DNA from: Phoronis australis
Taxonomy: Eukaryota > Animalia > Phoronida
DNA length: 64,000 nucleotides
Assembly: GCA_002633005.1 (NCBI GenBank)
Contig: NMRA01000194.1
Location: forward strand, 247,522 to 311,521
Direction of reading: 5' to 3'
Shown here: one piece after another, positions 24,509 through 38,929 of the stretch
Layout: each line of letters begins with the position of its first letter
Position numbering within the stretch: position 1 is the stretch's first letter
Program-made: the position numbers and the translations under genes
Notes under the pieces: generated by a model
What the model was told of the DNA's origin: nothing
Seen by the model: only the letters and a program-made list of their open reading frames with translations
Database searches by the model: none

Positions 24509-27127
24509 TTAAGACAAAAATTTGGTCTTACAATTGCAGAATAACAATTCAGCAATGTAATAACGAGAGCATCACAGTCTAGAAATAACTTACAGAAATT
24601 ATCTATGTTAATAGCTAGCAGTTATAAGTTTATTAAAAGTGACTTAAAATTTTTGCTCAAGTGCGATTTTATTAATTTCCATAAGTAGTTGTCTGGGGCG
24701 CAAGACAAAATTTCGGATTTAACGGTAAAAGTTCAGGGGAAATAACTGCTAAAAATGCCAAATTTCCATTTTTCAGAGTCTATTGCAAATGCTCAAAATT
24801 TTACCAGCAATGGTTTAGCAATATCTACACCATACAAACCATGTCAGAACCGATTAAGTTTGCCTAAGTTATTTTTGTTGTGAGAAACTTGACAAAATGA
24901 AATTTCACTGGTCCGCCATCTTGTGTCCCAAACTGAAGTTGTTTTTATAAGAAGTCTCATAGTTATGTAGGGGCTTAACCACTTGAGGGCGTATTTAGAC
25001 AAGTATCTTCAAAACTATAGATTTTAAATGTATGTATCCGAAAGTAGACAGCCTTGTTTAAAATGTACTTTTGCATACTCCAGGTGCAACTTGCTCTGGT
25101 TTAAGCGACCTCAGGTGGACAAAATTTAAACAAGTGCAATTTGACATAGGTATGACAACTAACGCCAACTGTTCAAGGCAGTGCACCTTACGCCCGATCA
25201 ACCTGCCCAACTACAAGCACCCAAATGAACAACAAACTGGACAAGGAGGGAGAAATTATCAGCGAGGCGTTTGTGCAACTGAGTGACTTTTTGCACCAAT
25301 CACAAACCTGGCACAGAATTATTTTTCTCATACATTTTCATTACTAATTCACAATGAACAGTTATTATATAAAATATTCGAAAACCTGAGGGAGATATCA
25401 CAAACTGATGTAAATGTAAACTCCCGCCATTTTCCAGTCGCGTGCCCAGCAACACCAAACCTACTAGAATGGTACGCACAAAGTGACTTACGCTCCACTC
25501 CACTTTCTCAACACCACTTGTGGCATTGTCCTCTGGACATGCGGCTGATTGGGCGCAAGTTGCACTACTTAAAGGCCCATCTGGGCAGAGCTAAAGTAGC
25601 AAGCAGTAACCAATGTCTGTTGAATATTCTGCAGCTGATATCATACCTTCCATGTAGTCTTTACGGTCTCTACATTGAGATCAAATATGGATACTTTGAT
25701 TTTTTTTCACTAAAAGCTTTAAAACAAAATTTCGTTTTGATGACCTCGAGACAGTTTGGCTCAACAGGCCTACTAGAAAATTGGCTCGTTATAGGCTGCC
25801 CAAGCAACACCAATGCCACAGTCATAAGTATAATGTATTCCTCATTTATAAACACAATTCCCAGACTCAATAAGTTCAGTTTACCCACTCACAGACAAGA
25901 CTCAGTGATCACCTAACATGGTTCCTTGACTGCCAAATACATCACAAATCATGAAACATAGTCAGCATATGCACAAAAAATCATTTCGCACTCACAAACA
26001 AAATATACGGACTCTGAGTCTGTATATTGTGTTGGACGGCTAGTGAGCCATGTTGGTGAATCAAGAGCAGTATTTTTGGGGTGCATGAGTTATTCTTTCG
26101 CCTGGAACTGTGTCTGGTGGTCGGCAGTAGCGCGCAGAGCTTTGATGATGCCCAGGGCAATTTTTAATTGGTCGCCTCTATCTCTACCCGTGCATAGATG
26201 CATAGACGCTAGTACTAAGAAAAAAAAGATGAAACATAAAATAGAAACTTCATTCTATTTAACTATATATCAGTCACAATTTCAAAAAGCTCATTCATAA
26301 GTGACTGTACGGATGACCAACCCCCCCCCATGTGGATGACTGTGCCCCGTTGCATGAAACAGTCCGAAATAGTGACTCAACTAAGTTCTCTCAATCTACG
26401 TATTTCTGGACTTGTGAAAACATCGGTTGCCCTGTCTTGTATTGTTTTAGTTTCATGTCTAAGTCAACTTTTGACTTTGACACAAATTGAGAGTGAACTC
26501 TACGTTGAATTGTCAATATAACTAAAAATAAGATCTTTTCATGCAACACCACCAATTTAAGGACTGGGTCCCTATTTATTATCAATGAACTCAGGGCTCA
26601 GTGTTTAGTTATATTGTTAGAAAATGTCGTTAATGAAAGAGGGGCTCATAATAAAGATGAAATGATAGAAAAATATTAATTCCATGAGTCTATAAGGACA
26701 CAAATACACAAAAAGATTTGGGAATTTTGGGTGAGTCCCTATTTGGGCCTGTTTCAAGCAACCGGCCACTGGGCTCGTTACCCCATCGGCCCCCCTGCTG
26801 CAAACTACTGGCAGTCAGTGAGCCGCAACAAGTAGTTGGAGAGCAAGCCATGAAGAGCCATGTTTGTAAGTGAGGCTGTCCTGTTGTTCGGACAGCCTGT
26901 ATAAAAAACATTCAAATATTTTTCTGTAGACAAACATGAATACTTGACCTCTTGCCAACTACATCACAGGCAGCTAAGTGAAAACAGTGCTGAGCAAGAC
27001 TGTTTTACACTTACAAGCAAGTGGTTAAAATAACAAATCACTGTAACAGTAATTGGAGTAATTGTGCCAGCACCCCAAGGGCACCACAGGGGAATGAACT
27101 GAGCCCTTGCATCACAGTGCTTCAGAA

Positions 27128-27202
27128 ACAGGGTGCCAACAGGGTGCCAATAGGGTGCCAACAGGGTGTCAACAGGGTGCTAGCAGGGTGTCAACTGGTG
27201 CC
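27128..27202. repeat. 11-bp tandem repeat (cagggtgccaa)n
   Basis: About 6 imperfect copies. Confidence 0.8.
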
Positions 27203-28651
27203 TTTAAACAAACTTAGGCCCCATGTTGTGCACCGGGCAGGCAATATGGATACCACACTGTGTGGAAAACACAAGTTCATTTTTGACGTTCAGCAATAAA
27301 AATATCGGGACTCACGACAACTGAGGTGGAAGAAATTAAAAAAGTTTTGAAAAGTTACATTCCCGTTGACAACTTTTGAAGCTAGAAGCATCACCAATCA
27401 GCTAAAAGCACATAAAACAGAACTCCAAGTGCTAAGCACACATAACTAAATGTTTTCGAAGGTACAAGCAAAACTGCCAAGCCCACTGAGTAACACAGTG
27501 CATAACTTGAACCCTTCAACTGAAGGATTCTTCTGAACTGCAGTTTGAAATCAAGTGGCAGAGATGTCTTCTTCAGCTATTTCCCAGATCTATTCTAAAC
27601 ACCTAGTAATTAGACTACACTTGATCAGGCTATCTTAGCACAGTTTTGTTAAGCCGATATGGTTGAGTACAGGCATTCCTCACTGGTGACCTCTCTCAGT
27701 TCAGCAACACGATCTCCGTCCATAGGGACAAGTGTCTATTAGCACATTCAAGTGTATTTTTGGTGGAGCCAGAGTGATTAGATATCAGAATTCAGTTTTA
27801 GTCAGCACTGACCCAACAGGAGCAAGTGCTACTAGGGGAAATCTGAGGAGGTATTTTATGAAAGGGAGAAGTTAGACCTACACTCTAATACATAATGGAT
27901 TCACTTTCACACTCTAAGCTTTTTACTGAAAAGCTGGTTTGAAAACAATTCCCACTTGACAGCTAGCACACACGACACCGTGACACGCCGACACAAAATT
28001 GTTTTGTGTGTGCTGATTCACTGACTTAATAATTTGTCATCGATAAAAAATCGTAAAGCCTCCCAACATAAAATCATATTGTGTGTGTTGATCTTTAGCA
28101 ATCACTACATCATACAACACCATCATGTACAACAAACTACATGATCCATGTCAGCTCAGTTTGTTTATTTACTGTTTACATTCTGTAACTGAATATACAA
28201 AATATACAAAATCCACACACTGATTCACTTCAATCTGACTGCTGCTCAAGACAGTGACACCTAAATTTTAAAACTTCACGAGGCACTATTCCAAGATGGC
28301 TAAGAGTTCAATAAGGGTCTAAATACACAGAGGTAGTTTGGAGCACCATCTCGAAAACACGACAAGAGCTGAATGGGAAACAACTTAAGCGATGTACGAA
28401 CTGCGTAAGAATCATTATTCGAGGCATCATTTTCGCCAAATTTGCGATGCCCGTTTCCACCCATTCTTAGCACATTACATAAAGATTTCAAGACCGTTTC
28501 AGACGTTCCAAAAACGAGATTGTAGTAAGAGGGCTCCAAGGAAAATACTAAGGGCAGTTTGTCCACAGAGCGTGAGAAAATGAAATGCTAAATGAAGACC
28601 AAAAAATAGTATGCGTATTTGACTATGGTCTTCGCCAGACCCACTTTGAAA

Positions 28652-28737
28652 TCTGTGTCTCACTGTTTTAGGTTATGAATGACTTTGAGGACACGTCTGT
28701 GTCTCACTGTTTTAGGTTATGAATGACTTTGAGGACA
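28652..28737. repeat. Two-copy tandem duplication of about 44 bp
   Basis: tctgtgtctcactgttttaggttatgaatgactttgaggacac occurs twice. Confidence 0.9.
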
Positions 28738-29300
28738 CATCAGTGTATTTAGCTAAACAGAAAAAACTGAAGATTTTAACTCAGAAAAGGTACTTTTTCA
28801 GAAAGAAGAAAGCCTGCAGAATTCGATTTTTGACTTTATACTCATCTGACAATAAATGGGTCATGCGGCCTTGTCTCAATCAACATAACACCAACCAGCT
28901 ATTAATTGGGACATGTGACCATATCTCTTGAGTAAAGATTATCAAAAGAGACACATACATTCATAGCAAAACAACATAATAGATGTCCAAGATCAAATGT
29001 TAAAAACCTTGTTGGTTTTTCAAATCTGTTCAGGTGATCATGAGCACCACCTGCGTAGCTTCAATGAACCCTCTGGATACTTAGAGTAGACCATGAAGTT
29101 GTATACTTTCTCACAAATTAATGTGAAAAGAACCCTCCAGGGTGAATACGACGTTAGATGTTATGCAATGAAAGTTAATTTACTCCAACCATAAGATAGC
29201 AGAGGTTCATGCAAGCAGTCTCTTATGCAGTACATTGCAAAAATATTGAATTACAACCAGGAAAGGTGTAAAAATACAGCATGGCAGATAAAAACCCTAC

Positions 29301-29723
29301 CTTATCCCGGTCTCTCTTTTCCCCCTCAAAAGAGTCACGTGTAGACGAGGCACGACTACTGCCACTACTTCGCCGCCCCCTGCGGAGATGGTGGCCTTGA
29401 GTTAACTCCTTGTCGGCACTCCTCCGCCCGCTGCCTTCCATCCTCTTCGTCCCCTCTCCTGGAAGCAGGACATGCGACGGGGAGGGTCGGACCTCCAGCG
29501 ACCCCCTCACCCTATCCCTGCCTCCTACACCGTCTCCAGTATCCAGGTGACTCCTCTGTTGAATGGCTGTCTGCATAATGTTTCGCCACTCACCATTACG
29601 CCCATCATCAGCAGCAAGTTCATCCTTCCAATAGCTGGGTACAACCTCAGCGTTTTTCTGGCGAGGGGTCATGCTGCGCTCGTGACCCCTATGGCTGCCC
29701 GTCATAGGTTGAGTCCACTCCAT
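29301..29723 (-). CDS. First coding exon (141 codons, MEWTQPMTGSH...EGEKRDRDK) of the minus-strand NCKAP5-like gene; exon starts at 29764 with a short 5' UTR
   Basis: Acceptor ttttctgcaatatctttccag at 29765-29766. In-frame upstream stop before the ATG at 29723. GC-rich open frame of low-complexity R/S/G/E residues. Donor AAG|gtaggg at 29300, phase 0, compatible with the 20654 exon. Confidence 0.75.
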
Positions 29724-31079
29724 AGTCACGTGCTTACCGACTCAGTAGCAGTATCTTGTGCAGCCTGGAAAGATATTGCAGAAAAGTGAAAATTTTGTTT
29801 CATCAAATTTGTACAGAAAAATTAACTAGTTTGGTGAATAAGACAGTTCGCATTCAAATCAAACACAATTTTTGTGTGTTGAGCACCAAAACGAATCATA
29901 TTACCGGTAACCTTTTTACCGGGTACAAGCCACATGATATTGCATTTTCTAACAATAATCATGGCAAAATTTAATCAGTGTCCCCTGAAAAGTCTGAAGT
30001 ATTGCTAATCAAATGCCAACAACTTCAATGTGTGTGTTAAAAAAATACTCTTAAACCTCACAAAATCTAGTTTCAATTCAAAACAATTCAAAACTAAGCA
30101 AAGATAACATAAAAGCATTCAGCAACTCAACAACGTAACTATCGGTAACTCATTGCACCAAGGTAGAAAACCGATTAATCAAATATCTTTCAGACTCGAG
30201 GCTAGATTCTGAATCAGTATCAAGAGACACCGAACATTACTAGCCAAGCTGTTCCATTGGTACAATCGGGGACTCATCATATGACATTCGATTTACTTGG
30301 CACACCCAGATTATTGGAAAATATATTTAATTTATTTTGCTATAAATAAATGGAGACTTCTCGTTCACTAACTTGTCCAGTGTCGTATGTACTAAACTGA
30401 AGATCAGAAATCCCATAAGCATTAGGGCATTGAACTGGGAGCAAGTTAACAATTCTTTACTAAAGACTGACAAGTTGAATGGACATCTGGAAATGATTAT
30501 TTCACACTAGACTCAAATTAATAACATATAACACTTCCAAGAACAACCTGCATGAGAGGAGAGATCCCAGAATAAACTTAAACAGGTTTACGACTTTGAT
30601 GCAGTCACAGTGGGTGCTTCAAGCTACTGTAAATATGATAAAAATTCTTTTTCAAAAGCTTAAAGCAGCCATGTTCTTGTCTTAAGAACACCCAACTCTT
30701 TTCACAAGCGCATTCGATTTTTCAAAACGGCTTCGTGTTCTTATTCTCCACTTAGGCTTCACCTCACCCGGCAATGTGCTTTAGTTTGCTGTTACATGAC
30801 ATCATATTTATGTTGGACATCACAGTAACTTATTTCGGCCAGTTATTGGTGGGTTTGAAGTATTCTGAATATTTTGAAAATAATGCACTGTTATCGTGAT
30901 GGACCACGCCCAAGAATAGTAGAAATTCCTTAACTAAAAGCAGGATTTTGCCTGGCAGATGACCTGTGATTTCAAGAAGTTACACGTTAAGCTGATGACG
31001 TATTGAATGGAGACATTTGTTTGCTTGATGGACTGGCCTATATTCCAATGGTTCCTGTTTGGTTGTTACCTCTACATGA

Positions 31080-32455
31080 TAATCATAAGTTTCACGATCA
31101 GGTGACGAGCAGAACTACCAGACAGTGTGAAATATCAAGGTCTGTGGTAAGTTAAGTGACACAGCCATTTCCACCTGCATTTTGACTTCAGTCTATGTTC
31201 CCATAGTGCAACACTGTATAAATATACAGCTTCACACCAATATGGGCAAAAAATGGCCAAATAAAATCTGATGCAAAATTAATCTCGTTAAAAACTATAC
31301 CCTGCACAGAGAAAAAAATATTTAACACTGTTAAAAAATTGACGTTATACCATTATTACGCTGCTAAATTCGTGGAGCAATAAGATTTGTCAACTTTCAG
31401 CGCTGTGGAATACAGCATCACCTTGTGGCCGATTTCTTTTTTGCCTATTCTTCAATCAATTTAACATTCTTCTTCCAAAATGCTGCGGACATATCAAAAT
31501 AAGTAATTGGACCTGGTTTCACTTCGTTTTAAGTGTTTAGAATTATACAACTAAATTTCTGAGCAAATGTTGCTTTGGCAGACCTTTCATCTCCCGAAAA
31601 ATGTTGAAAAATTAGCAAGTAGCACTTGCGCGGGTCACGAATAAGTACTGTTTTCAAGAATGAAAAAATTACACTAAACAGGCTGAATGAAACAGCAGTA
31701 ACAGGTAACGTGAATGTCGCCTCAGTGTCAATTGACTCACAGAATGTGAATGCACCCTGTCTGGTAGTGTCCATACAAAGATGTATACTTTACAGCTTTC
31801 CCGCCATGTGGGTAAAAAATGGCCAAACATGATCTGACATAAAATTAGCTTCAATATAAACTACTCTTCATTGAGTAAACTAAATTATTTACCGGTGTTG
31901 GAAAAATTGGCGTTTTACCATTGTTCTACTACAAACATTGTAGTGTGATCTTTTGCGTCAGCTTTCGGCGCCGTAAAATATGGCATCACCTATTGGCAAG
32001 TTTCTTTTTGAGACGATTTTACAATCAGCCAATCTTCTTCCACAAGGTTGCATATACGTCACAACAAATTACTCGAATTGATTTCGCTTCATTATGAACT
32101 TTTGGTATTTTGATACGAGCCAACCGAATTTCCAAATAAATTTGGTTGCTACGAAGTTGTCATCATCTTCCGAGAGATGTCGCAAAATGGTGTGTGCGCG
32201 TGATACAAACATACAGTTTTCAAAACAAAGATAGATTTTTTGTTTAAAAAGCAGAGAATTATGTACATGGCATTTATCACATTGTTTTTCTCCTAAGAAG
32301 ATGTAACAGGCAAGGTAAGTGACGGTTGACTCCCAGACTTAGCATGCACAACACCGGTCGTTAGCTTTACATGTTGATATAAGTTTCACGAGGTGACAAG
32401 CAGAACTACCCAGGCAGTGTGAAATTTTGCGGTCTACTGGAGCTTAACACACAGT
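31080..32455. repeat. Old interspersed repeat with diverged internal units; related inverted copy at about 55860-56290
   Basis: 31085-31165 resembles 32380-32455, and 31290-31560 resembles 31860-32130. The reverse complement of 56130-56250 matches 31790-31930. Confidence 0.55.
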
Positions 32456-32496
32456 GGTTTCTAGATGTGTTTTAATGACAGTCTTTATACAGCTAG

Positions 32497-32808
32497 CTGG
32501 CAAGTAGATAGTGCTGGCTGGTAGATGGTGCTGGCTGGTAGACGACGCTGGCTGGTAGACGGCACTGGCTGGTAGATGGTGCTGGATGGTAGATGGTGGT
32601 GGTTGGTATACAGTGCTGGCTGGTATACAGTGCTGGCTGGGAGGTAGTGCTGGCTGGTAGATAGTGCTGGCTGGTAGACAGTGCTGGCTGGTAGACAGTG
32701 CTGGCTGGTAGATAGTGCTGGCTGGTAGACAGTGCTGGCTGGTAGACAGTGCTGGCTGGTAGATAGTGCTGGCTGGTAGTTAGTGCTGGCTGGTGGTAGA
32801 TAGTGCTA
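32497..32808. repeat. 17-bp minisatellite (agtgctggctggtaga(c/t))n
   Basis: About 18 copies directly visible. Explains the repetitive ORF 32493-32834. Confidence 0.95.
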
Positions 32809-34938
32809 TCATATCGACTGGATAAAGGAGGCAAGCTTCATATGCCAGAAGCTTTTTGGCAAATTATGCATCATATTGATTAAAATAGGGAGGACGTTTT
32901 TTATTTTTTTTTACAATACCCATGTGTCATACATTTTTGAAAAGCCCTTGGTGTGAGAAATGAAATGGTGCAAAAATCAGAAAAATTGGATGAGCGGTTG
33001 ACGAGAAAATGGCCGTTGAAGTGCGACGTTTATGCGCAAAATATCTGCCTTTTTACATAATTTCGTAAAAAATAAAAGAATACACATGTGCTGCATATAA
33101 AAAGATTCGACTCATTGAGACAAACATGGTGGTGTGTATTATATAAAATTTGGATCGATTTCCACAGAGATATTGCTGTTTAAGTGTGTTGTTATAGCAT
33201 GAACAGGCTCATCATGTTTGATGAAAACAATGGATTACACAGCTTAAAAGGTAAAGAGCAAAGACACCACATCAGCTCAGAAATAAATACATCTGAGCTA
33301 GGAGGAAATTTCACATCAAATCACAAGATCACATTGGTGGATTTGGGGGGCAAGGGGGCCTAGCTGGCCCGTGGCCCTCCTAAAACTTCATTTGGCAGTT
33401 TGAGGGTGCAAATATCTTACGGGTAAAATCCTGCATAATATTCTGCCCTGCCCCCCCCCTCCTATCTAAAAATCCTAGATCTGCCCCTGAATACTACTAC
33501 ATGGGCAACACATCATTGCCTGACAGTGACAGGGGGTTGGGGGAGGCTATAGCTCCCCCACTTCAGTGCTGGATGCTACCCATGTACTATTAGATCGTAT
33601 CATGGCAAAAAACATCAAAAAGTAGACAAAAGACCATTTGGGAAAACAAATCACTCTTAACATGAAGGATTTCATCATTTACGCAACAAAAACTTTGTAA
33701 CAACTTTATTTCGAACGGTGAAGTTGCTATGCCATTGAACTTCAACGTAGCCGCTGGTGGCGCTGACATGCGGCGACTTAGTGAACTAACGACTGCTGTT
33801 TGAAAAGTGCCAATGCGCAGCAGTTTGACAGAATTTCTGAAAATGAAATAATTACCAATTAAAAGAGTGATAAATTCCTCATCTAAAAATCGGGGGGGCA
33901 TATTGCGCAACTGGAAAAACATCAATCTCCCGATCGACCAAAATTAGGCCTTCCGGACGATCGAAAACTCGGCATGAAAACTTGGCCTTGACTTCGAGAA
34001 AACAACTTGAGGAGATGCGCACGCATCTAAACTACATCCTGTCCAAATTTCATGTTTGTATTTGAGAGTATAATGCTCTTTTGGATAGGAGGAACAAGAG
34101 GTACTTTTTCGAAAGTTGATCGCATGGCGGAAAATCGTGCGCTAAAAAAGCTTACAAAAAATGATTTATCAGCGATAATTTGAGACAAAAAGATTACAAA
34201 CTTACAAATAAAGACTAAGGTAACGATTCATAACACAAAAATGTCTTATAGTAAACTTTGAAGTCTGAAATCGGGTAATTTACCGACGTGGGTTTTACAC
34301 GGAGGCAGATATGGAGCACCGTGACCTACTTTTCGATTGTCCTCCCTAATTAAAACATCACAGCTACATTGTCATAAGTACATTTGTGAAGTCAATGTCT
34401 TGACTTTAATTCCTTCCAAGTTGGAAGGAATTAAAGACATCGACAGCCTCCTAAGGTGTCCCTCTATGCGCAAAAGGTACTTATCACAATGTGACTTCGA
34501 TTTTTTAACCAGTGTGATGCATAATTCGGCAAACAGTTTCTGGCGTAGGAAGCTCCATACTCCCTGTGTTTACTCCTATGTCGAGCTTCACCTACTCAAC
34601 TGTAGTTCACTAGAGACTGTGGTCACGTCAATGTTTATAAAACCAAAACAACGTGACTTTGATGTTTCAATCAGTGTGAAGTATAAGTCACCGAAAAGTA
34701 TCTGGAGTATAGGAGCTTCACCGTCTAGACGGCAGCACTGTCTATATGGCTACCTGAAGTTGACATCACTCGTCACTCTATGATCACAGGTGGCACGCTG
34801 ACATGAATGACTTCCATCCAGAATCTAAATTAGGCCTACTACTTCGTTCGCAAAACATTTACGTACCTATCTGTCTATGGCGTTTAGGCAAAACCTTTCA
34901 CGCATTCGATCCATCTTACATGGTCGCAGAATACTTAC

Positions 34939-35060
34939 ATGGAGTAGGCTGGGACTAATAACTTAAGATCTCATTCCTAACAGACCAGAAGGCCTCAGTC
35001 CCCAACTCGTTTGTTTAGATCCTTCTCCGTGCCGAGAACCGAAAGGTTAGAGTTCACAAG
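34939..35060 (-). other. Candidate non-coding 5' exon of the minus-strand gene
   Basis: Consensus donor CAT|gtaagt at 34938 in apparently unique sequence upstream of the 29764 acceptor, which needs an upstream exon. 5' boundary approximate. Confidence 0.3.
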
Positions 35061-35419
35061 TTCCTGATAATAAAAATCAGTGCAGCAATTTGAATTCGAA
35101 ATATGCAAACTGTAAGTTTTCTTTAAATTTAGAGAGCTCATACAATCACCGTTCACTGGTAAAATTAAATTAATCGCATATTTTTGAATTTTTATGTCAT
35201 TTCCCTCCAACTTTCGATTTTCTGGCCATTCATCTTTAACACAATTTTTGGCACTAAGTTCCAAAAATCTATAAGGCACTGTTAATAAAATGATTTTATA
35301 AGATCTTTAGATGAGTAAAACAACTAGGTAGAGTAATTAAGGGAGTTTATTTAAAACAATTTGATATGTGAAATTTTACGTTTTAACTGTAAAGAAGCGC
35401 TATCTACAGGATACTGGCC

Positions 35420-35980
35420 AACTCTGAGGTCCGAGCCTCGTCCCTGAACCACAAGATGGCGCTAATCGGTTTAGCCAAAAGGGGAGATTTTAAGCATCAC
35501 AGAACATACATTTGAGGCTCAGTGACTTTAGCTTGAACTGCGGCGCGCAAACAAAAGCGACACAAGAAACCTCTTTGAAAATCTCAGTTCTTGAAGATAA
35601 CTTCCCTTGCTTCTTTGATGTGATAAATGTTTTAAAGATCCAAATGCAGATTTTAGCTATTAAAGCCCCTAATTGCTATATCGATACCATCAGGAAGAGA
35701 TAACATCTCTTCCTGATACCATTCATGATTCGGTCAATTACATAATTTTTTCAATAATCTAAATCTATATTGTGCATAAAGGCCACTCATTTTGAATGTT
35801 TGTAATTCAGAGGTGATATATGTATAACTATGATATTCTGACAATTTCCGTAAAACATGTCAGATTTCTGCTAAAGTTATCCTCACCAAGCTTCAGGTGG
35901 CTAAACCGATCAGCGCCTTTCCCGAGGCAGGGACGATGTTGATCAGCGCCATCTTGCAGCTTACGAGACTGAGGCCCGTC
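35420..35980. mobile_element. Fold-back/MITE-like element with inverted ends
   Basis: caagatggcgctaatcggtttagcca at left against tggctaaaccgatcagcgcc and gatcagcgccatcttg at right. Confidence 0.5.
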
Positions 35981-36220
35981 CTACATTACAGCGTTCTGTC
36001 GTTCAGTAACTTTTCCAAACGTGATGGGTGCTGAATGTGCGATAATATCTGGCTCTTTTTTTAACCGTTACTCCCCAGCTCACCGTACGATAACAAGCAG
36101 GCCAATTATCTCCCAGGCTTCAAAGGAAACGTATGATGGTTGCACGCTATTACCGAACGCGTATGAACACAGTCAAACCCCGGGGGCAGTGCGTTGCCGG
36201 TAATCCATTTGGACAGAATT

Positions 36221-38094
36221 CAGTGGCGGATCTACGTTTTCAGTAAGGGGGGTTTAGGATTCCCGCAAAGGTCGAATCCGAGGCGCGTGGCGCCGAGCGG
36301 GGGGGGGGGGGGGCGGGAGGGGGGTAACCCCCCCCCGTTTAAGATAACTTTTTATTTTTCTAGCCAAAACAGTAAAATTTCCATGCATCCTGGTACGTTT
36401 CTGGCACTTAACAGGAGTTTTTCTTAAGATAATTAAAAGCCCTTCTCGATTTCGTCACATGAACTTGGCTCATAAGTTTTCGTGAAACCATATATTTGTG
36501 CACATCTGAGTATGAGTCACACCACCAGCAAAATTTTTTGTCGGAACATCTGCTTACACGCACCTTTTTAGCATACGAAAAAGTGTGATTTGTGTACAGG
36601 GGTTTAGACAACTACCAAATTACCAAATATCCAAGAGCATAATGAGCAGCGACGTGGCGTAAAAACTTGAATATCAGATGATCGCAACAGCCTTAAGCTG
36701 TTTAAGAACGAAGACGTGTACTGTTAGTCCGGAAATAAACATGTGTTCTGTCTCGTTACGAGAAAAACTGGCGAACGATGGTGGCTCTCAGCTCATAGTC
36801 TATTATTAAAAGCGACAAAAACAATTAAGTATCACTTTATTAAGCTGAATCACGTTGACAACAATTGAAAAACGTCAAATGTATCAGGAAACAAATCATC
36901 TGAAAACAGTTTCACGAAACCAAAACACTCTGTAGGCCTACACCGTGATGAAAAGATACACAGGAGCAGTTCGCAGAGGGACCAGATGTACACTGAGAGT
37001 ACACAAAAACTCTGGCCTGGTCCGTCACGAGACCAAAAGTACACCTCTGGTTGTTATCCCTATAAAATAGTCGANNNNNNNNNNNNNNNNNNNNNNNNNN
37101 NNNNNNNNNNNNNNNNNNNNNNNNNNNNNNNNNNNNNNNNNNNNNNNNNNNNNNNNNNNNNNNNNNNNNNNNNNNNNNNNNNNNNNNNNNNNNNNNNNNN
37201 NNNNNNNNNNNNNNNNNNNNNNNNNNNNNNNNNNNNNNNNNNNNNNNNNNNNNNNNNNNNNNNNNNNNNNNNNNNNNNNNNNNNNNNNNNNNNNNNNNNN
37301 NNNNNNNNNNNNNNNNNNNNNNNNNNNNNNNNNNNNNNNNNNNNTCCCCGCAATTTCTGGTACTGTACACTGTTCGCGAATGCTGTCACTTTGTCAATGT
37401 GAGTGTTCCCTTGGTCATTCCTTGTATAGACATAACTTGTTAGAGAGCATCTTCAAACAGACTCGCGACCAGACCACGGCGCAGGCCACAATAGCAATTC
37501 TTCGGAAAACGAGTTTTTTTCAAGTATTACATGTACATGTACATGTACACTGTATGATATCGCGCAAGACAACTTTACTAAGCATCAGTCGAATTCGAGT
37601 TACAAACGTGTGGGGTGTGACATGGCATGACATATGAGGTAAAAAAGGTTGCACGTCAATTCGCCTGAATATCAGGATTGCAGCACCACAGTATTTCCCC
37701 TAATCAAATCAAAACATATCTTAGAGTAAAGAAACTAGCTACCTAAAGAGATCAGCTATAGAGCTGCTCTTTCAGCGGTGGATCCATCTAAAATGCTTGG
37801 CTACTTCAGAAGTGTCGTCGGAAGCGCGCGCACAATTGATCTCCGGGGTTTTGCCGACGAGGTACGAAGACTCGAAACGCGTTGATTTTCATAACAGCAA
37901 TTCACAATGCAAAAAAAAATTTTTTTAGAATGAACCCCCCCTCGTTTTTTTCCAAGTTGGTTTACTTGGGGTTTACACACGCTGGCGGTGCCGTTTTTGT
38001 TTTGCTGGAGACGTTTTTGTTTTTTTCTAATTTTTGGGTCCTGGCCCGAGGGGGGCTTTAAACCCCCTGAACCCCCCCCGTAGATCCGCCACAG
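36221..38094 (+). mobile_element. About 1.9-kb non-autonomous hAT-like element, copy 1 (spans the N gap)
   Basis: TIR CAGTGGCGGATCTACG ... CGTAGATCCGCCACAG with G/C-run subtermini. Collinear with the inverted copy at 48089-49761. Confidence 0.85.
37075..37344. other. Scaffold gap
   Basis: Run of N. Confidence 1.
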
Positions 38095-38368
38095 CAGAAT
38101 AGATACCTAGCGGCACGCAGGGAACCAGCGAGCATGACCCTCCAGGTTGGTGTATAACAGCGCACGTTTCCTCTTGCCGTCCAGGAATTTCATTGGCCGT
38201 TTCGATTTCAAGAAACAATTAGGGATTCCATTGGTCAGTTGTACTTGCAGGTCTATAACTAGATGGCGGCTTACTGCCTATCTATCTCTCTATACTAGCA
38301 CTTCACACCGTATTCCGAACTGGGCCATTGTTATGAACTTCAAAGAGCAATGGTGAGATGTGTGTATG

Positions 38369-38634
38369 CATGCACGCACTCAGGGGAGGCTCGGTGGGCT
38401 CGAAGGAGCCCCCCCATTTGGCGAAGTGGGCCCAAAAAGGTCCGCCTCAGAGAAACAAAAAGTCTGAGAAAATAAGACAAAAGTCCACTAAAAAGGCGCA
38501 GACGCACAGTTCACAGTTCTGAAGGTGGTACTCCGTTATTTTTTTTTTTTTAGTCCTCCAGCTTTTTTGTTAGGAAAAGGTGCACTTTGTCAGAAATTCG
38601 AGATCCCCCATATTAAAGGCTGGGTGCACGCTTG
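38369..38634. mobile_element. Short hAT-like MITE
   Basis: catgcacgcactcag ... ctgggtgcacgcttg imperfect TIR; GTATG on both flanks. Confidence 0.55.
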
Positions 38635-38929
38635 GTATGTACATGCAATAGTGTAGTGTGAGAGTACAGAGCAATGCGCATGAAGTGCAATGATGCGAGG
38701 AGGGTTCTCTGACGAGAAGTGATGCAGCCAACGACGTTTTTCCAGAACACTAGTGTAGAGTGGAGTGCTGGAGTGCGGTGTAATGCTCGAAGTACATTAT
38801 GTGGCATCTACGTGTAGGGGTACAGATCAGTGGCCTGAGGGATACAAAAAGGTAACAGGAATGGCGATGGTCTGAGGGACAATTTTATCGATTATAGAAA
38901 AATCGGAGTAGCAAAAGCGGAGTTTGAAG

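Noticed and set aside
29472-29789. 105-aa plus-strand ORF
   Set aside because: Antisense shadow of the GC-rich minus-strand exon, which has proper splice sites.
32493-32834. Repetitive 113-aa ORF
   Set aside because: Translation of a 17-bp minisatellite; no splice signals.
36912-37402. Long ORFs with X runs
   Set aside because: Read through the N gap.
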